Under the pieces are notes generated by a model. The model was not told the origin of the DNA and searched no databases. It saw only the letters and a program-made list of their open reading frames with translations. Shown piece by piece: positions 9,701 through 18,396 of a DNA stretch of 58,613 nt. The position numbers and the translations under genes were made by a program. Position 1 is the stretch's first letter, and each line of letters starts with the position of its first letter. This stretch comes from a virus. Its lineage: Duplodnaviria > Caudoviricetes. The DNA is taken from the IMG/VR virus record IMGVR_UViG_3300030102_005973, positions 1 to 58,613 of that record. One strand, given 5' to 3'.

Positions 9701-11630
9701 CTGCCTTGTCAAAGTTTTCTAATTCATTTTGTGCCTCTTCCTTTGTAAGCTCACCCTTTTCAATCCTTTGTTTCTGCTGTTGGACAAATGCTTTTTTGGT
9801 AAATCTATCATTTCGAATGTTTAAAAACATTTTTAAAACCTCCTTATCAACCCTAGTGAAATCTTTTTGAGCATAAGCATCACTGATAGCTGGCAAGGTT
9901 CCCAGCACAAACCCGCCTACAGCCTCTTGACCAGCTGCATAGGCTATCTCACTTAATATCTCAGTTACACCTTCAGGTGTTTGAAAAAGATCTTTTCCTT
10001 TTAAAGATTCAAACAATTCTTTTCCACCTATGTCTGCAGCCTCTTGAAAAGCTCCTGTTTCTGCTTCAGCTAAAGCAGCAGTGGTAAATCTGGATCCAGC
10101 CCTTCCCAGTTTGCTTTTTATTTCATTTCTAATAAAATCATTTAACACTGATGCATTTGCATTTGTTGGAACTTTTTTAGCTACATTAAATAATAATCTT
10201 TTTACTAAGGAACTATTACCTAAAACGTTTCTAAAACCAAAATTTTCTAATTGTGCTATAACAAGTGATAAAGGCACCTTTAACAACGCCTTTTCATCTT
10301 CTGTTAAATCAAGGTCCTTGAACTCCTCTTGGTATTGTGAATTGACTTGAGCAAATAATGCTGGTATCCTAACAAATTTACCTCCTGGAGCAAGTAAAGC
10401 TGGTAAGCTACGGGCTAATCCTAAAAAGGCACCAGGAAAAAACTTCTGCTGTTGGGCCATCATCCATTGTTCAGAAACATCTTTACCTCCAAATGTTTCA
10501 ACAAAAAACTCTCTTATCGGAGGCAACACTTTTTCTTTAAACTCTTTTTTTCTTTTATCAGAGGCTATTTTTTCTTCTTCCGTCATTTCACGTCTTGGAA
10601 CTTTACCCCCTATGTCTATTGCTAAATCAACTATACCGGCTGGTATTTCTCCTACACCTCTTAAAAAACTATCAACAAGCCCAGCCGCCATTGATCCTTG
10701 GCTTCTTTTCATGTCGTAGTATTCGCCAACAGCGGCATTTAATTGCTTTTCTCTAAACTCAAAGTCTTTATAATAGTTTTGTATTTGCTGATAACTCTTG
10801 TTAAGACGGATCATTTCTTGATTATACTTATCTATACGATCCTTTTGCGCCCTTCGTTGCTGTTCAGATAATGCCTGTAAAGCCTTGCCTTCCTCTTCCA
10901 AAACACTTTGTTCATATAGATAATTGTTTAGATTTTTTGAAAAGGAATTAGCTTCTTCATTCAAAGCATCCATTCTTTCTTGAATCTCCTTTTCGTTCTC
11001 AAAAATCATCTTTTTGTAATCGTACTTCTCAATAGCTTTGTTTATCTGAAGCGTGTCTTGCTTGTTGGCATCGATAAACTTATTGAGCCTATCCCTTTCT
11101 TCCCTGTTTTGAGCTGTTGTAAATGCATCAAGACCTATTGTAATGGTTTCGTTGTTAGGCGCAGTAACCTTTACATTGTCAGTAAGGCCTGTTTCTTCAA
11201 AAACAAAACCATCATTTTTAAATTTATAGTTGAGTTTAGGAAGAATAAACTCTTCATCCTTGCTTATTTCCTCTAAAGTAACAGGTAAATCGGGATCTTC
11301 TTCTGGAATTATCTCGGTTGTTTCAACTACAGTTTGAGTTTCAACCTCAGGTTGGGTATCAATTTTTGGGGCTTGGATCGTAGGTTGCGCCAAAGAACCA
11401 TCCACCAATTGTAATTCCGTATCTTCTTTTTTTTTTGGAGGCTCTACGATACCCATCAGGGATTGAAAGTCTTGTAGGGTGCCGCCATATCCATCATTCT
11501 TAAACAAGCCATAAGAGTATTCCACAGCCTCTGGATTCTCTTTTAATAAAGCGCTGTATTGATCTTTACTTCCAGTGTATCCGTCGTTTTGAAATAGTCC
11601 AAAAGAATATTCTAAAGCCTCGTCTTCCAT
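3723..11630 (-). CDS. Giant ejection / polyvalent virion protein (2635 aa) with zincin-like and ADP-ribosyltransferase-like domains
   Basis: Last gene of the internal-virion block; HEVFH at about 9111-9125; GIYVT...NPLVI...LKADGYDGIV...EII segment at about 7457-7824. Confidence 0.7.
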   Translation of the reverse strand: MEDEALEYSFGLFQNDGYTGSKDQYSALLKENPEAVEYSYGLFKNDGYGGTLQDFQSLMGIVEPPKKKEDTELQLVDGSLAQPTIQAPKIDTQPEVETQTVVETTEIIPEEDPDLPVTLEEISKDEEFILPKLNYKFKNDGFVFEETGLTDNVKVTAPNNETITIGLDAFTTAQNREERDRLNKFIDANKQDTLQINKAIEKYDYKKMIFENEKEIQERMDALNEEANSFSKNLNNYLYEQSVLEEEGKALQALSEQQRRAQKDRIDKYNQEMIRLNKSYQQIQNYYKDFEFREKQLNAAVGEYYDMKRSQGSMAAGLVDSFLRGVGEIPAGIVDLAIDIGGKVPRREMTEEEKIASDKRKKEFKEKVLPPIREFFVETFGGKDVSEQWMMAQQQKFFPGAFLGLARSLPALLAPGGKFVRIPALFAQVNSQYQEEFKDLDLTEDEKALLKVPLSLVIAQLENFGFRNVLGNSSLVKRLLFNVAKKVPTNANASVLNDFIRNEIKSKLGRAGSRFTTAALAEAETGAFQEAADIGGKELFESLKGKDLFQTPEGVTEILSEIAYAAGQEAVGGFVLGTLPAISDAYAQKDFTRVDKEVLKMFLNIRNDRFTKKAFVQQQKQRIEKGELTKEEAQNELENFDKAAGLANQIPTDISLEKQQQILGLLASKQELQNEKADKDPATVGNIDQQIQQIDNQIEQVLTKEQTVEEPIPDFVEEQEQEVETETQLTEEQQDIDAFFGEEVEETTETVESNLSVNRAGETVEKGAEQIQRENNVTKIARTAASAIKNLLPNTRIVIHENESEYLKFAAPGRGELIGDTIHINLSKATGTTVPHEVFHAVFLSKIKTDPKAAQVAEKMMMSVRKTLSNDSELARRIDTFAESYQDVSELQNEERLAELIGIMASEYQTLTKPQKNIVIKFIEDLARTLGVDLNLTEFTKTDNDVIDLLNTLSTKVTTGEEITEGDVEILEDGTNPVGDPTEIRVPKPRQQIEFEESYPLSLVTPDKRIDIMSLIEDINAKKEKVWFWVADQLGLGEFEGIQLDAGPSYAFDGEAVWASSKSTKSIEKNINLADYLFIISGSPERSLLFNKKVYDVFISKLGDYDTFKADALATNPVKAIRDVLNNFDSWEALRDSPQRKAFLNAVVDQQGTPNTEFHKLIKSKDGFINPNDLRDGFYKANDFNINDVMLVIKPTSARDGSQHSTYNNEVLGEVLGVPDVKVDAFDIMPQEMVDKYKKQLTQQEKSQAVAPYGSGIREISPRQRRQQKIQTGKPFNFTYKRNTEKALDRGSEFGQDVEPAGIYVTEVQEGFIPQGFESGQIEIKNPLVIKITDDTLIEYKRNLSKKYNNQKGIQLTESLKADGYDGIVTQFDDGTTSEIILLNLNIDSYKTQRRQQRTIEQVAQQYNMDNQGFIPKTANLSQLRKAVAPFGLEARRAREDQFGRGGGLFLVRDGRKFNPFAQTTRRRQQRTPADYIREGREAGFRDELIVDYLKRVQKLRVKDIKELMGLDSEILGALPESFKNIKGGAKAGLKLFNKIESLIKKENNLNNRRKNKLTDAQIMDKAVAFLENQVEYKNEADTYKVKGEAKARKTLSTQQALMLSDLQKTLNQRPTKDIAIKIRAARALVRARSKGQRDLQKVKRELRNFMRKTLPPAIFTKKEALQLVQKIEQATNANIENIMEEVIDLATAKNNVALQNQINKILTGKYEVLVSGRKKAIKIDLDTRKRIEAITNNVLPPTATEEEISDKNEALNREFLELAQDPNQDPFVVNKMVDLQIAINLNNASLLENTDANKTLMLDQAFDALSGMVQFGRSVLKAQIESQAQEYRRQFAELYYDITGNKLNLDDPDLNEQLENEKFARNNATNRRKVKNRAATLVRNIMREIDNFFFGSQEALDGLMDRISSLPGELFGGRAQVLVTDKIDAASREFKKRRLVLSTLLDKEMANYLGANWRKRNKQFSQLEATGIYKNPERVAKAQQEYEKDPTSVDKKQKVDNIIDEEEIYQSQNQLYYMYNQFKDPANRGAFEAMYGEQTDRIMEEIENYIDPDLKRFADWQVNVLYPTLYTHYNEAYKKIYRTDLPMNKYYAGYLVREGTAPNELDLLGDQGIMQTAVGSASTKARSRNNKKIIYTDGTTALTNYIDDMEYFAAYSSAIRDINKLFTNQYIKDAIRNIHGQRINSLIDDAIKKIASRGREKSYYTPLLDGLNTAFLISRLGISPVIMIKQLTSLFTYANDIGIANWLKYAAKNKSQQLQVFKEIRDNSVYMQDRNNNSILRQIENYSENEANKVLPLGARTKDWIVNFLMAQVIVGDRTAIMLGGAPNYSYYKDQFKKNNPNATEQEAIDHAIIKFERDTKRTQQSSDLQDKDFYQTKGPLTRAANMFLTTPKQYFRKEIQAVRALNRKLLAWDRQAGKGTIGENIRTFVMYHIFMPVLFQYVTLGLPGLLREFRDDDDEDLWRAAIIGNLNAIFIWGQVFTTLGDKLTGKPWTASKDVGILAIAKAVTEKFNKAERTKDPRLKAQYMNDFYLELAQASGLPLLTVKKLVNNYSKVLDSKDMGEAILRLFNFSEYAIKGRKKRQRSSRVADKELKMLFPDLYDEIKAEEQDPEIKKLEKEIKDIEKELLEDLYK

Positions 11631-13177
11631 TATTGTGTGTTTGTTGGATTAAACCTTGAGGCTCCTCCTGTGTTGTTTTGAGTGCTTGTTTGTCCTTGAC
11701 CTTGTAACTTTTCTTTTAGTGAACCTAAAGTTTTAAGTTTTACATTGTTAAGAATGAATTGAATTATCCTCTCTTTTGAAGCTTCCGCTGAAGGTCGATC
11801 TTTGCCAAAATCAATTGCTGCCTCACTAGGCAAGAATATTTCTTCACTGATTTCATTCCCCTTATCATCTACCTGTGTTAATAATAAACTTTGTCCGTCT
11901 ATAAGATTTATCGGGTTTCCTATTTGAATACCAAATTCAGCAACTATATCATTTATGGAGGCGATTACATCCACATCATCTTCTTGCCGTATATCGCTTA
12001 AAGAGATATTGTCTTCCAAATATTTACGTGCGTCAGTTAAGATAGTTGATTTCTCTTCAGTATCTTCACCACGTTCAGCTAAATTTAAACGCCGCTCTGC
12101 CAAATCAAGCCTTCTTCTGGCAAGCTCATTCTCTATTCTTTCTTGCTCAGTCATCTCTTGAGGCTCAGTGACACTACCGGCAAGCCCCGCTTCAAATCTA
12201 GCACTTGCATATTTTTTAACAGCTTCCATTTGTTTTTTGCCATTAGCTGTACTAAAATCATTAGTTCCATCTGGATTGACTAAAATTAAATTTGGATTCT
12301 TTGCCGCTTCATCTTTGTCATACGTAAAATCATATGCAAGACCATTCCCAGCCACACCAATGTTTTCAGTTAATATACTTGAAACATTGTTAGGATCAAC
12401 AGTAAAAGCATCAACCATATTTTTTTTAGCCTCATCTAATAATGCTTGCTCCTCTTTTCCTAGTTTCCCTTTTTGAAGAGCTTGAAAAAATTGTTTTGTT
12501 GTTCTACCACTAGCCTCTTTAATTAGCCTAAGACCCAAGCCCTTGACAGCCGTAGTAACAGCTGCATCCAAATCAAATCGATTATATTTAGCAGAAGCTT
12601 GCTGAACAAGCTCAGAAGCATTTGCATAGTCTCCTGGTTTAGTAGATATTTCACCAGTAACCTTATCTCTTCTAGCTACGTTGACCTCACCTGTCAGTGG
12701 ATTAATATACGCACCGTTGTTAGCAAAATTCATAAAGCCCTCTGTCTGCTGACGCATCCAGTTTTCTTTGGCTTGACTTTTTCCTTCTGCGTAACGATTC
12801 ATTGACTCATCGTATCCCTCGTTGAAAACCTTTGCAGCGGTAAACATTAGGTCAGTACCTTGATTGGCGTTTGCTCTAAACTTGTAAAAATCTCTTTCTG
12901 ATATAGCTCCGCTTTTTAGCTTGCGTTCTGCCTCTCTCATGGCGTCTGCCGCGTCTGAAGTAAAATCACCCATGAAACGGTTTACCTCTGCGTTTAAACC
13001 TTGTGGTTGATTTAATAGGTTTTTATTGTACTCTGTAAGCTGTTTCTCTATATCAGCCTTTCTCGCCTCCCTATCAGCAATTTCAGACTCAATCGCTGTT
13101 GACATTTTCTCACCAACGTCTTGCCAATTTATTTGCATTGGCTTTGCATCCCTAACGTAACCGAATCCTAATGCCAT
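11630..13177 (-). CDS. Putative internal virion (ejection) protein
   Basis: Helical 515-aa ORF directly upstream of the giant protein; called by position. Confidence 0.5.
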   Translation of the reverse strand: MALGFGYVRDAKPMQINWQDVGEKMSTAIESEIADREARKADIEKQLTEYNKNLLNQPQGLNAEVNRFMGDFTSDAADAMREAERKLKSGAISERDFYKFRANANQGTDLMFTAAKVFNEGYDESMNRYAEGKSQAKENWMRQQTEGFMNFANNGAYINPLTGEVNVARRDKVTGEISTKPGDYANASELVQQASAKYNRFDLDAAVTTAVKGLGLRLIKEASGRTTKQFFQALQKGKLGKEEQALLDEAKKNMVDAFTVDPNNVSSILTENIGVAGNGLAYDFTYDKDEAAKNPNLILVNPDGTNDFSTANGKKQMEAVKKYASARFEAGLAGSVTEPQEMTEQERIENELARRRLDLAERRLNLAERGEDTEEKSTILTDARKYLEDNISLSDIRQEDDVDVIASINDIVAEFGIQIGNPINLIDGQSLLLTQVDDKGNEISEEIFLPSEAAIDFGKDRPSAEASKERIIQFILNNVKLKTLGSLKEKLQGQGQTSTQNNTGGASRFNPTNTQ

Positions 13178-13180
13178 AAT

Positions 13181-13924
13181 CTATTGTATTACAATTGGAT
13201 CTAGATCAAATTCTTCAACTGGAACTTTGGTGGGATCAAAATTAGGATTAAATATAGCATCACTTCGCAAAGCTCTATCCAGACTAGTTTGCTCCACATC
13301 ACCAAATACATTTTGAAACTCAGCAAATGGATCCCCGACTGTTAAATTTTTAGCGCTTACAGTATCGTCGCCATATAAAGATGGTATTTTCATTGCCTGT
13401 TGGCCTGCGCTTACAAGACCTTCAACTCCCTGCTGGAGCGCCGCTGTTCTAGCTGCTCTTGCGTCTGCAGCTCTTCGCTGCTGTCCACTTACTTCAGCAA
13501 GGTTTATATTTACAAGAGCGTCTCTATTTCTTGCATCTTCTCTAGCAGCTAACTCTTGCAATCTTTGCAATTCTTGACCTTGAGCCATTCTACTTTGTGC
13601 TTGAGCTTGCTGATTGAAAAGGGCTGCTCTACCGGCTGAAACTGCTGCACCTCGCTCTTCGCCCTCTTGACCCGCCTGTACAATTGTAGACAAGCCGCTT
13701 AAAATGTTTTCTCTTTCTTCTTCAAACTTTTCCTTTTGTATGCCTAAACCTTCATAAAAATTTTGATCAAGCCTACCTTTGGCCTCCTGCATAGCTTTTT
13801 GAGCATCCCTCTCAGCAGCCTCAATTTTTTTCTTTTGTTTTCCTGCTTGCACAAAACTAGCTGTTGCTGTACCAGCTGAAATAGCTAATCCTGCTGCAGT
13901 TGCAATTGTTGTAAATGCTGCCAT
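13181..13924 (-). CDS. Putative internal virion protein (T7 gp14-like position)
   Basis: Ala/Gly hydrophobic N-terminus followed by a Gln/Ala-rich coiled coil. Confidence 0.55.
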   Translation of the reverse strand: MAAFTTIATAAGLAISAGTATASFVQAGKQKKKIEAAERDAQKAMQEAKGRLDQNFYEGLGIQKEKFEEERENILSGLSTIVQAGQEGEERGAAVSAGRAALFNQQAQAQSRMAQGQELQRLQELAAREDARNRDALVNINLAEVSGQQRRAADARAARTAALQQGVEGLVSAGQQAMKIPSLYGDDTVSAKNLTVGDPFAEFQNVFGDVEQTSLDRALRSDAIFNPNFDPTKVPVEEFDLDPIVIQ

Positions 13925-13925
13925 A

Positions 13926-14336
13926 TTATAATACTTTTATCATTTCTTGTGTGTAGTTATCTCCTTGCGTGTAACCTAAATTTTTATAAGTGTTTATAAG
14001 TCCTTTATGTTTTATCAATGCATAAGCATACTTATTTCCACTTATTTGTGATGCATTCGTAAGCGAGTCAACTAGCTTATTAACAGCTAAATGTTTTGCT
14101 CTTTTGTTCTGGTAACTTTTATTAGATATAATCCAATCCACCCAACTTACTTTTGAATTTGTTATATATATAAATCCTGCACAAACAGGAATATCTTTAT
14201 CTAACACCATCAAACCTCCTTCTCCGTCTTCTGGCAAAAAATCTTTTTGTGGAGGTTCCCATCCCCAGTCTTTCCACCAGTCAACTAATATATCGTCATA
14301 ATCTGAAGAATTTAGTTTTCTAATATTAAATTCCAT
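13926..14336 (-). CDS. GNAT-fold-like virion-associated protein (T7 gp13-like position)
   Basis: IRKL...DY start, PVCAGF strand, YKNLGY end; sits between tail and ejection genes. Confidence 0.5.
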   Translation of the reverse strand: MEFNIRKLNSSDYDDILVDWWKDWGWEPPQKDFLPEDGEGGLMVLDKDIPVCAGFIYITNSKVSWVDWIISNKSYQNKRAKHLAVNKLVDSLTNASQISGNKYAYALIKHKGLINTYKNLGYTQGDNYTQEMIKVL

Positions 14337-14343
14337 ACACTAA

Positions 14344-14351
14344 CAAAGATA
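14344..14351 (-). promoter_or_regulatory. Bacteroidota -7 promoter element TATCTTTG
   Basis: Matches TAnnTTTG, 7 nt before the ATG at 14336. Confidence 0.6.
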
Positions 14352-14357
14352 CTAATT

Positions 14358-15758
14358 TTACGGATAGCTTTTCATGATCTCAGCCTGCACAGCAAAGAGC
14401 TCAGTTGGTGACGGACCTTTGTTGACAATCTGGAATCTACAGAAATGTCCAAGCAAACCATACGATTCAGCTGTATTATTTTTCACACTCAACACATATG
14501 GGTTTCCAATAGTTGGATCCTCTGCTCCGTTTATAGAGGCATCAACAATAATATTATTGATATTGTTTTTTAAATTTATATTTACTTGTGTTACTTGTCC
14601 TGCTAAATGTGGAGTGTTAGATACTTCATTATTAAAATACAGAAAGTCTCCCACACTTATTATTGAACCTATTTCTATTGTCGGACTCGATAAAAAATCA
14701 AACTGTCGCGCTGAAGCTAATCCACTGAATCCACTGCTTCGACCAATACCATTAATTGATCTTGAAGCAAAATTTGAAATAACTGTAGGCGTTTGGGTGG
14801 TATTTTTTATATCCGCATACCATGACCCTTCTTTAAGTTCAAACCATTCGTTGCTAATAAAACCACCGCCTTGTATATCGGTACTTAATGTTATTGTCCA
14901 TGGTTCGTCCGACTGCAAGTTTATGGTTTTAAACAGTTTTGTTACGATTGGTAATTCGTTAATAACACTGGTTAAAGAAGAGTTGTACTGCTCTCCATAA
15001 TAATTATTCCTTAGTTCGTTAGTGTTATGTCTATATAAATCTCCACCTTTAAATGAATAAAAGAAATTATTCATACCCACCATAAAGTCAGGATTGTATG
15101 AATAAAAAGATGGCCACCCTTTCGATTTATCACTATATGTTAACGTATACTGTGGTCCTAAAGGAACTATTGGCTTCGGAACTGGATTATCAGGAATAGT
15201 TGTAGGCCTAGGTGTTGGCGTTGGATCTGGAACAGGAGTTGCTGTTGGTGGACCAGGCGTTGGTGGTACGGGTGTAGGTAAAAATGTAACTGGTGGAACA
15301 GGAGGAGTTGTTGCAACTTCTTCGCCTACAATACATATTTGTCCATTTCCAAAAGCTATATTTCCTGGATCACCTATTTCAAAAGTTATTATGTCATAGT
15401 CTCCCGCTGGTAAAGTATCACCTACTGTTGAACTATAAAGTGTTACATTAGTATCATTCAGGTTAGCGGTTGCCCCTTTAAACTCAGGGTAAAATCTAAT
15501 TACTTCAATACCGTTAGAGTCTATAACAACTCCCATGGCAAGTATTCGACCCGTTTGATTAAAACCGCCGGGCTGATCTTTACCAGACTCCATTTCAGCA
15601 TTAATAAACGGCCTGTTTTGGACTGTAAAGCTTAGACCGACTGGTATATTAACAGAGGTTCTGTCACCTATTGAGTACCTACCTATAGACGATTCGTAAA
15701 ACTCGCCAGTATTGATAGGATTAGTTATTCTTTGACCGCAGTATTGTCGTACACCCAT
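14358..15758 (-). CDS. Tail stabilisation/nozzle-like protein, C-terminal part, with extra N-terminal domain and Pro/Thr-rich linker
   Basis: YTLTYS..SKGWPSFYSY.PD...FYSFKGG.LY.HN motif; P/T tract at about 15150-15318. Confidence 0.6.
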   Translation of the reverse strand: MGVRQYCGQRITNPINTGEFYESSIGRYSIGDRTSVNIPVGLSFTVQNRPFINAEMESGKDQPGGFNQTGRILAMGVVIDSNGIEVIRFYPEFKGATANLNDTNVTLYSSTVGDTLPAGDYDIITFEIGDPGNIAFGNGQICIVGEEVATTPPVPPVTFLPTPVPPTPGPPTATPVPDPTPTPRPTTIPDNPVPKPIVPLGPQYTLTYSDKSKGWPSFYSYNPDFMVGMNNFFYSFKGGDLYRHNTNELRNNYYGEQYNSSLTSVINELPIVTKLFKTINLQSDEPWTITLSTDIQGGGFISNEWFELKEGSWYADIKNTTQTPTVISNFASRSINGIGRSSGFSGLASARQFDFLSSPTIEIGSIISVGDFLYFNNEVSNTPHLAGQVTQVNINLKNNINNIIVDASINGAEDPTIGNPYVLSVKNNTAESYGLLGHFCRFQIVNKGPSPTELFAVQAEIMKSYP

Positions 15759-15763
15759 GTCAG

Positions 15764-15771
15764 CAAAATTA
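15764..15771 (-). promoter_or_regulatory. -7 promoter element TAATTTTG (near-leaderless transcript)
   Basis: TAnnTTTG match 5 nt before the ATG at 15758. Confidence 0.5.
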
Positions 15772-15791
15772 CGATTTTATTTTTTATATTT

Positions 15792-17003
15792 TTAAACAAC
15801 GCCATCCAAGCGTTCTGCCCACTCAGCTGTTTCTGAATATGCCCAAAGTATCCAGTATTTAGGAGTTGAAATATTTACATTAACCTCAATAATTGGATTA
15901 TTAATCATATCCTTAAAGTTGTGGTAATCTTTTCTATACACCTCAAAACCTTTAGCATCTTTAAGTATAAACGCAGCAAACCTGTAATCTTTGAGTTTAA
16001 AGTTATTTGGATCAAAACGAAAAACTTGTTTGAAATTTGGCAAAAAAGCATCTTCTTTAGATCCAGGAGGCAAGATGTTATTAGAACAAGCTTCTGTTAT
16101 AGATCTATCTGTAAATCTTATACCCGCATATGTTTCATAATCTTTTAACGTTCTTGTTGTTCCAAGATTATAACCATTTAAACTTTTTTCATTACAAGGT
16201 GTGCAAGCAGCTCCATCTACACCTAACAAAAGTCTAGTTCTTGCATGTGCTAAATCGTTTTTGTATGTCCAGCTTTTATGATCATCCCAATGTTTAGATC
16301 TTCCCTCTCTTGTATATTCGTGCCAGGCAATAATTTTGTGAGGGTGAAACAGATCGTAACCGTGAGTGTATGCTCTTACTGCTATTGTTATTTCTTCACC
16401 ATGAAAGTAAATATTGGGATCGTGTTGTACTTCTTTACAAAATTCTCCAATGGTAAAAGCAAAATGTGCAGAATAAAACCTTGCTTTTATTGGCTCATCA
16501 ACTTTATTATCCATATGTTGCGGTATAAAAAAAACAATTCCCTCGGGCGTAAATTTATCAAACGACATTCCCCATGGCGTTTTTTGTCTATCTTCAGGAT
16601 CGTTTTTTGGGTTATAGGAGGATATATAACTTGTAAGTAAAGGCTTGTCATGTCCTTTTGATTTTAAACCTTCAAGCATATCAATGCAAATAGTATCCCA
16701 TCCTTTTACAAACCGATGATGAGAATCTAGCTGAAGGGTGTATTTTTCTCCATTGTAATGTTGTTGTATTTGGTTTCTCGCCCAGCAAGCACCTTGAGAC
16801 TCCGTATGAGGAATATCTATTATTATAAACCTTCCATCATCAGCATACTTATCTAACGTATCCCACTTATCTTCCTTACTATGCTGATGAGCAATACAAA
16901 TAGTTAGCGCATCTGGATTATCGGCATTTGATATAAGATCATCAATTGTGGGTATAAGCTCTGGATCGCGATAACTTGCGATTTGAATAAATATTGATTG
17001 CAT
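15792..17003 (-). CDS. GT60-type GlcNAc transferase (Skp1 Gnt1 / trypanosomatid mucin OGNT-like)
   Basis: SIFIQIASYRDPEL, GACWARN, LQLDSHHRF..GWD, YFHGEE...RAYTHGYD motifs. Confidence 0.8.
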   Translation of the reverse strand: MQSIFIQIASYRDPELIPTIDDLISNADNPDALTICIAHQHSKEDKWDTLDKYADDGRFIIIDIPHTESQGACWARNQIQQHYNGEKYTLQLDSHHRFVKGWDTICIDMLEGLKSKGHDKPLLTSYISSYNPKNDPEDRQKTPWGMSFDKFTPEGIVFFIPQHMDNKVDEPIKARFYSAHFAFTIGEFCKEVQHDPNIYFHGEEITIAVRAYTHGYDLFHPHKIIAWHEYTREGRSKHWDDHKSWTYKNDLAHARTRLLLGVDGAACTPCNEKSLNGYNLGTTRTLKDYETYAGIRFTDRSITEACSNNILPPGSKEDAFLPNFKQVFRFDPNNFKLKDYRFAAFILKDAKGFEVYRKDYHNFKDMINNPIIEVNVNISTPKYWILWAYSETAEWAERLDGVV

Positions 17004-17018
17004 TAGATTTCATTTGAT

Positions 17019-18134
17019 TTAATTTCCTTGAAAGTTTATAATACTATTTGGCATGTCTAAACCAGAGTCTGGCTCTTCAAAATTGGTACATTCATAACAG
17101 CTTTGCATTCTTCTAGAATCATTTAGACTTATTTGAGGCAAATTATTAGTACCTAATATTTCAGCTCCTATGCGGTAACACTTTCCGGTGCTTTCAGCAT
17201 AAACAATATCACCCGTTACATATCCGAAAGGACTAGCTTCTAAAGTTTGTTTAGTTTCTAATGATATTTGAAAGGATGTAGTGGTTTCATTGCATCTTAC
17301 TAATACAAAATAGCTTTGATTGTCAGGACAATTTCTTGCACATCCACTAAAGTTTGGATCGTCTTGTGATCTGCCATCCTCATCCACACATACTAACCCT
17401 GTTATTGTTGGGTGTTGTGTTGTGTCGGTAGTTTCCCCTATGACTAAATATGTGTCAGTTGAGCCAGTCTGTTGTAATCTAACAAAATTATTATATTCTA
17501 CAGTTGTTGTAAATATAGACTTAACATTTGTAGAACATTTAGAAACAATATAATTAAATGTGGGTAATCCTGTTGCAACTGGTGGACATTGTGTTTCTCC
17601 TGGCAATTCAGTGGGTGTAATAATTAAATTATTGTTAACAGACACCAGAGGAGGATAGCTTGCGTCTTGTGTGTATGTATAATAACAATTAGTTTGTGGC
17701 TCTAAATACCTTTGGTTATTTGTAGGCTCACTCAATGCGAATATATATCTCACCTCAGTTGTATTACAAGGAGCACACGGTACTAATCTATAATAGAAGC
17801 CAGCTACAGGCTCAGATGCTGGAGGTGGCGGAGGGGTTACTGGAGTACCCGCTGGTGTTGTAACTACAGGACTTGGTGGAGCTGGTGGGTTAGGTGCAAC
17901 AGTTGTAACTACCGGTTGAGATGGTGGGGGTGGAGCAGGTGTTGTAACTACAGGAGCTGGACTAGAGCAATCACAAGTTTCGGCTACTTGAAGCTTACCG
18001 TTAAGTTGCTCTCTAACTATAGTATCGTCAGAATAGAAACCATCGGGTGCAAGCACCTGTAAGGTTTCGTCTGCATACACTGCCTGAGCATTACCAAAAG
18101 TTGCTGTATCAAAAAAATATGTCCCAACTGCCAT
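17019..18134 (-). CDS. Putative virion protein with mucin-like Pro/Thr linker and Cys-containing repeats
   Basis: APDGFYSD N-domain; PVVTT three times plus poly-Pro at about 17805-17966; three Y-x-[LIV]-x-x-C repeats. Confidence 0.6.
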   Translation of the reverse strand: MAVGTYFFDTATFGNAQAVYADETLQVLAPDGFYSDDTIVREQLNGKLQVAETCDCSSPAPVVTTPAPPPPSQPVVTTVAPNPPAPPSPVVTTPAGTPVTPPPPPASEPVAGFYYRLVPCAPCNTTEVRYIFALSEPTNNQRYLEPQTNCYYTYTQDASYPPLVSVNNNLIITPTELPGETQCPPVATGLPTFNYIVSKCSTNVKSIFTTTVEYNNFVRLQQTGSTDTYLVIGETTDTTQHPTITGLVCVDEDGRSQDDPNFSGCARNCPDNQSYFVLVRCNETTTSFQISLETKQTLEASPFGYVTGDIVYAESTGKCYRIGAEILGTNNLPQISLNDSRRMQSCYECTNFEEPDSGLDMPNSIINFQGN

Positions 18135-18139
18135 AAGCT

Positions 18140-18385
18140 TTATTTTTGTTTGCTTTTATTTCTAGCTTCTAGATAACCTCTCTCGTACTCTAATTTTTTT
18201 TCTATATCAAGTAACCTACTTTGTATACGGTCAATTATTATTATTTTTTCATCTAGTCTATCGTGTACTAAGTTTATTTCGTCTTTTAGAGCAGTAAATT
18301 CTGAAAATATCCCACCCGCAGCAAATACTGTTGCTACAAAAGTAACAACAATTGACAAATTATTTTTTATAAACGATTCTGCCAT
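18140..18385 (-). CDS. Small membrane protein (TM plus coiled coil)
   Basis: Hydrophobic N-terminal helix followed by a heptad pattern. Confidence 0.55.
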   Translation of the reverse strand: MAESFIKNNLSIVVTFVATVFAAGGIFSEFTALKDEINLVHDRLDEKIIIIDRIQSRLLDIEKKLEYERGYLEARNKSKQK

Positions 18386-18396
18386 AACTATTTATT

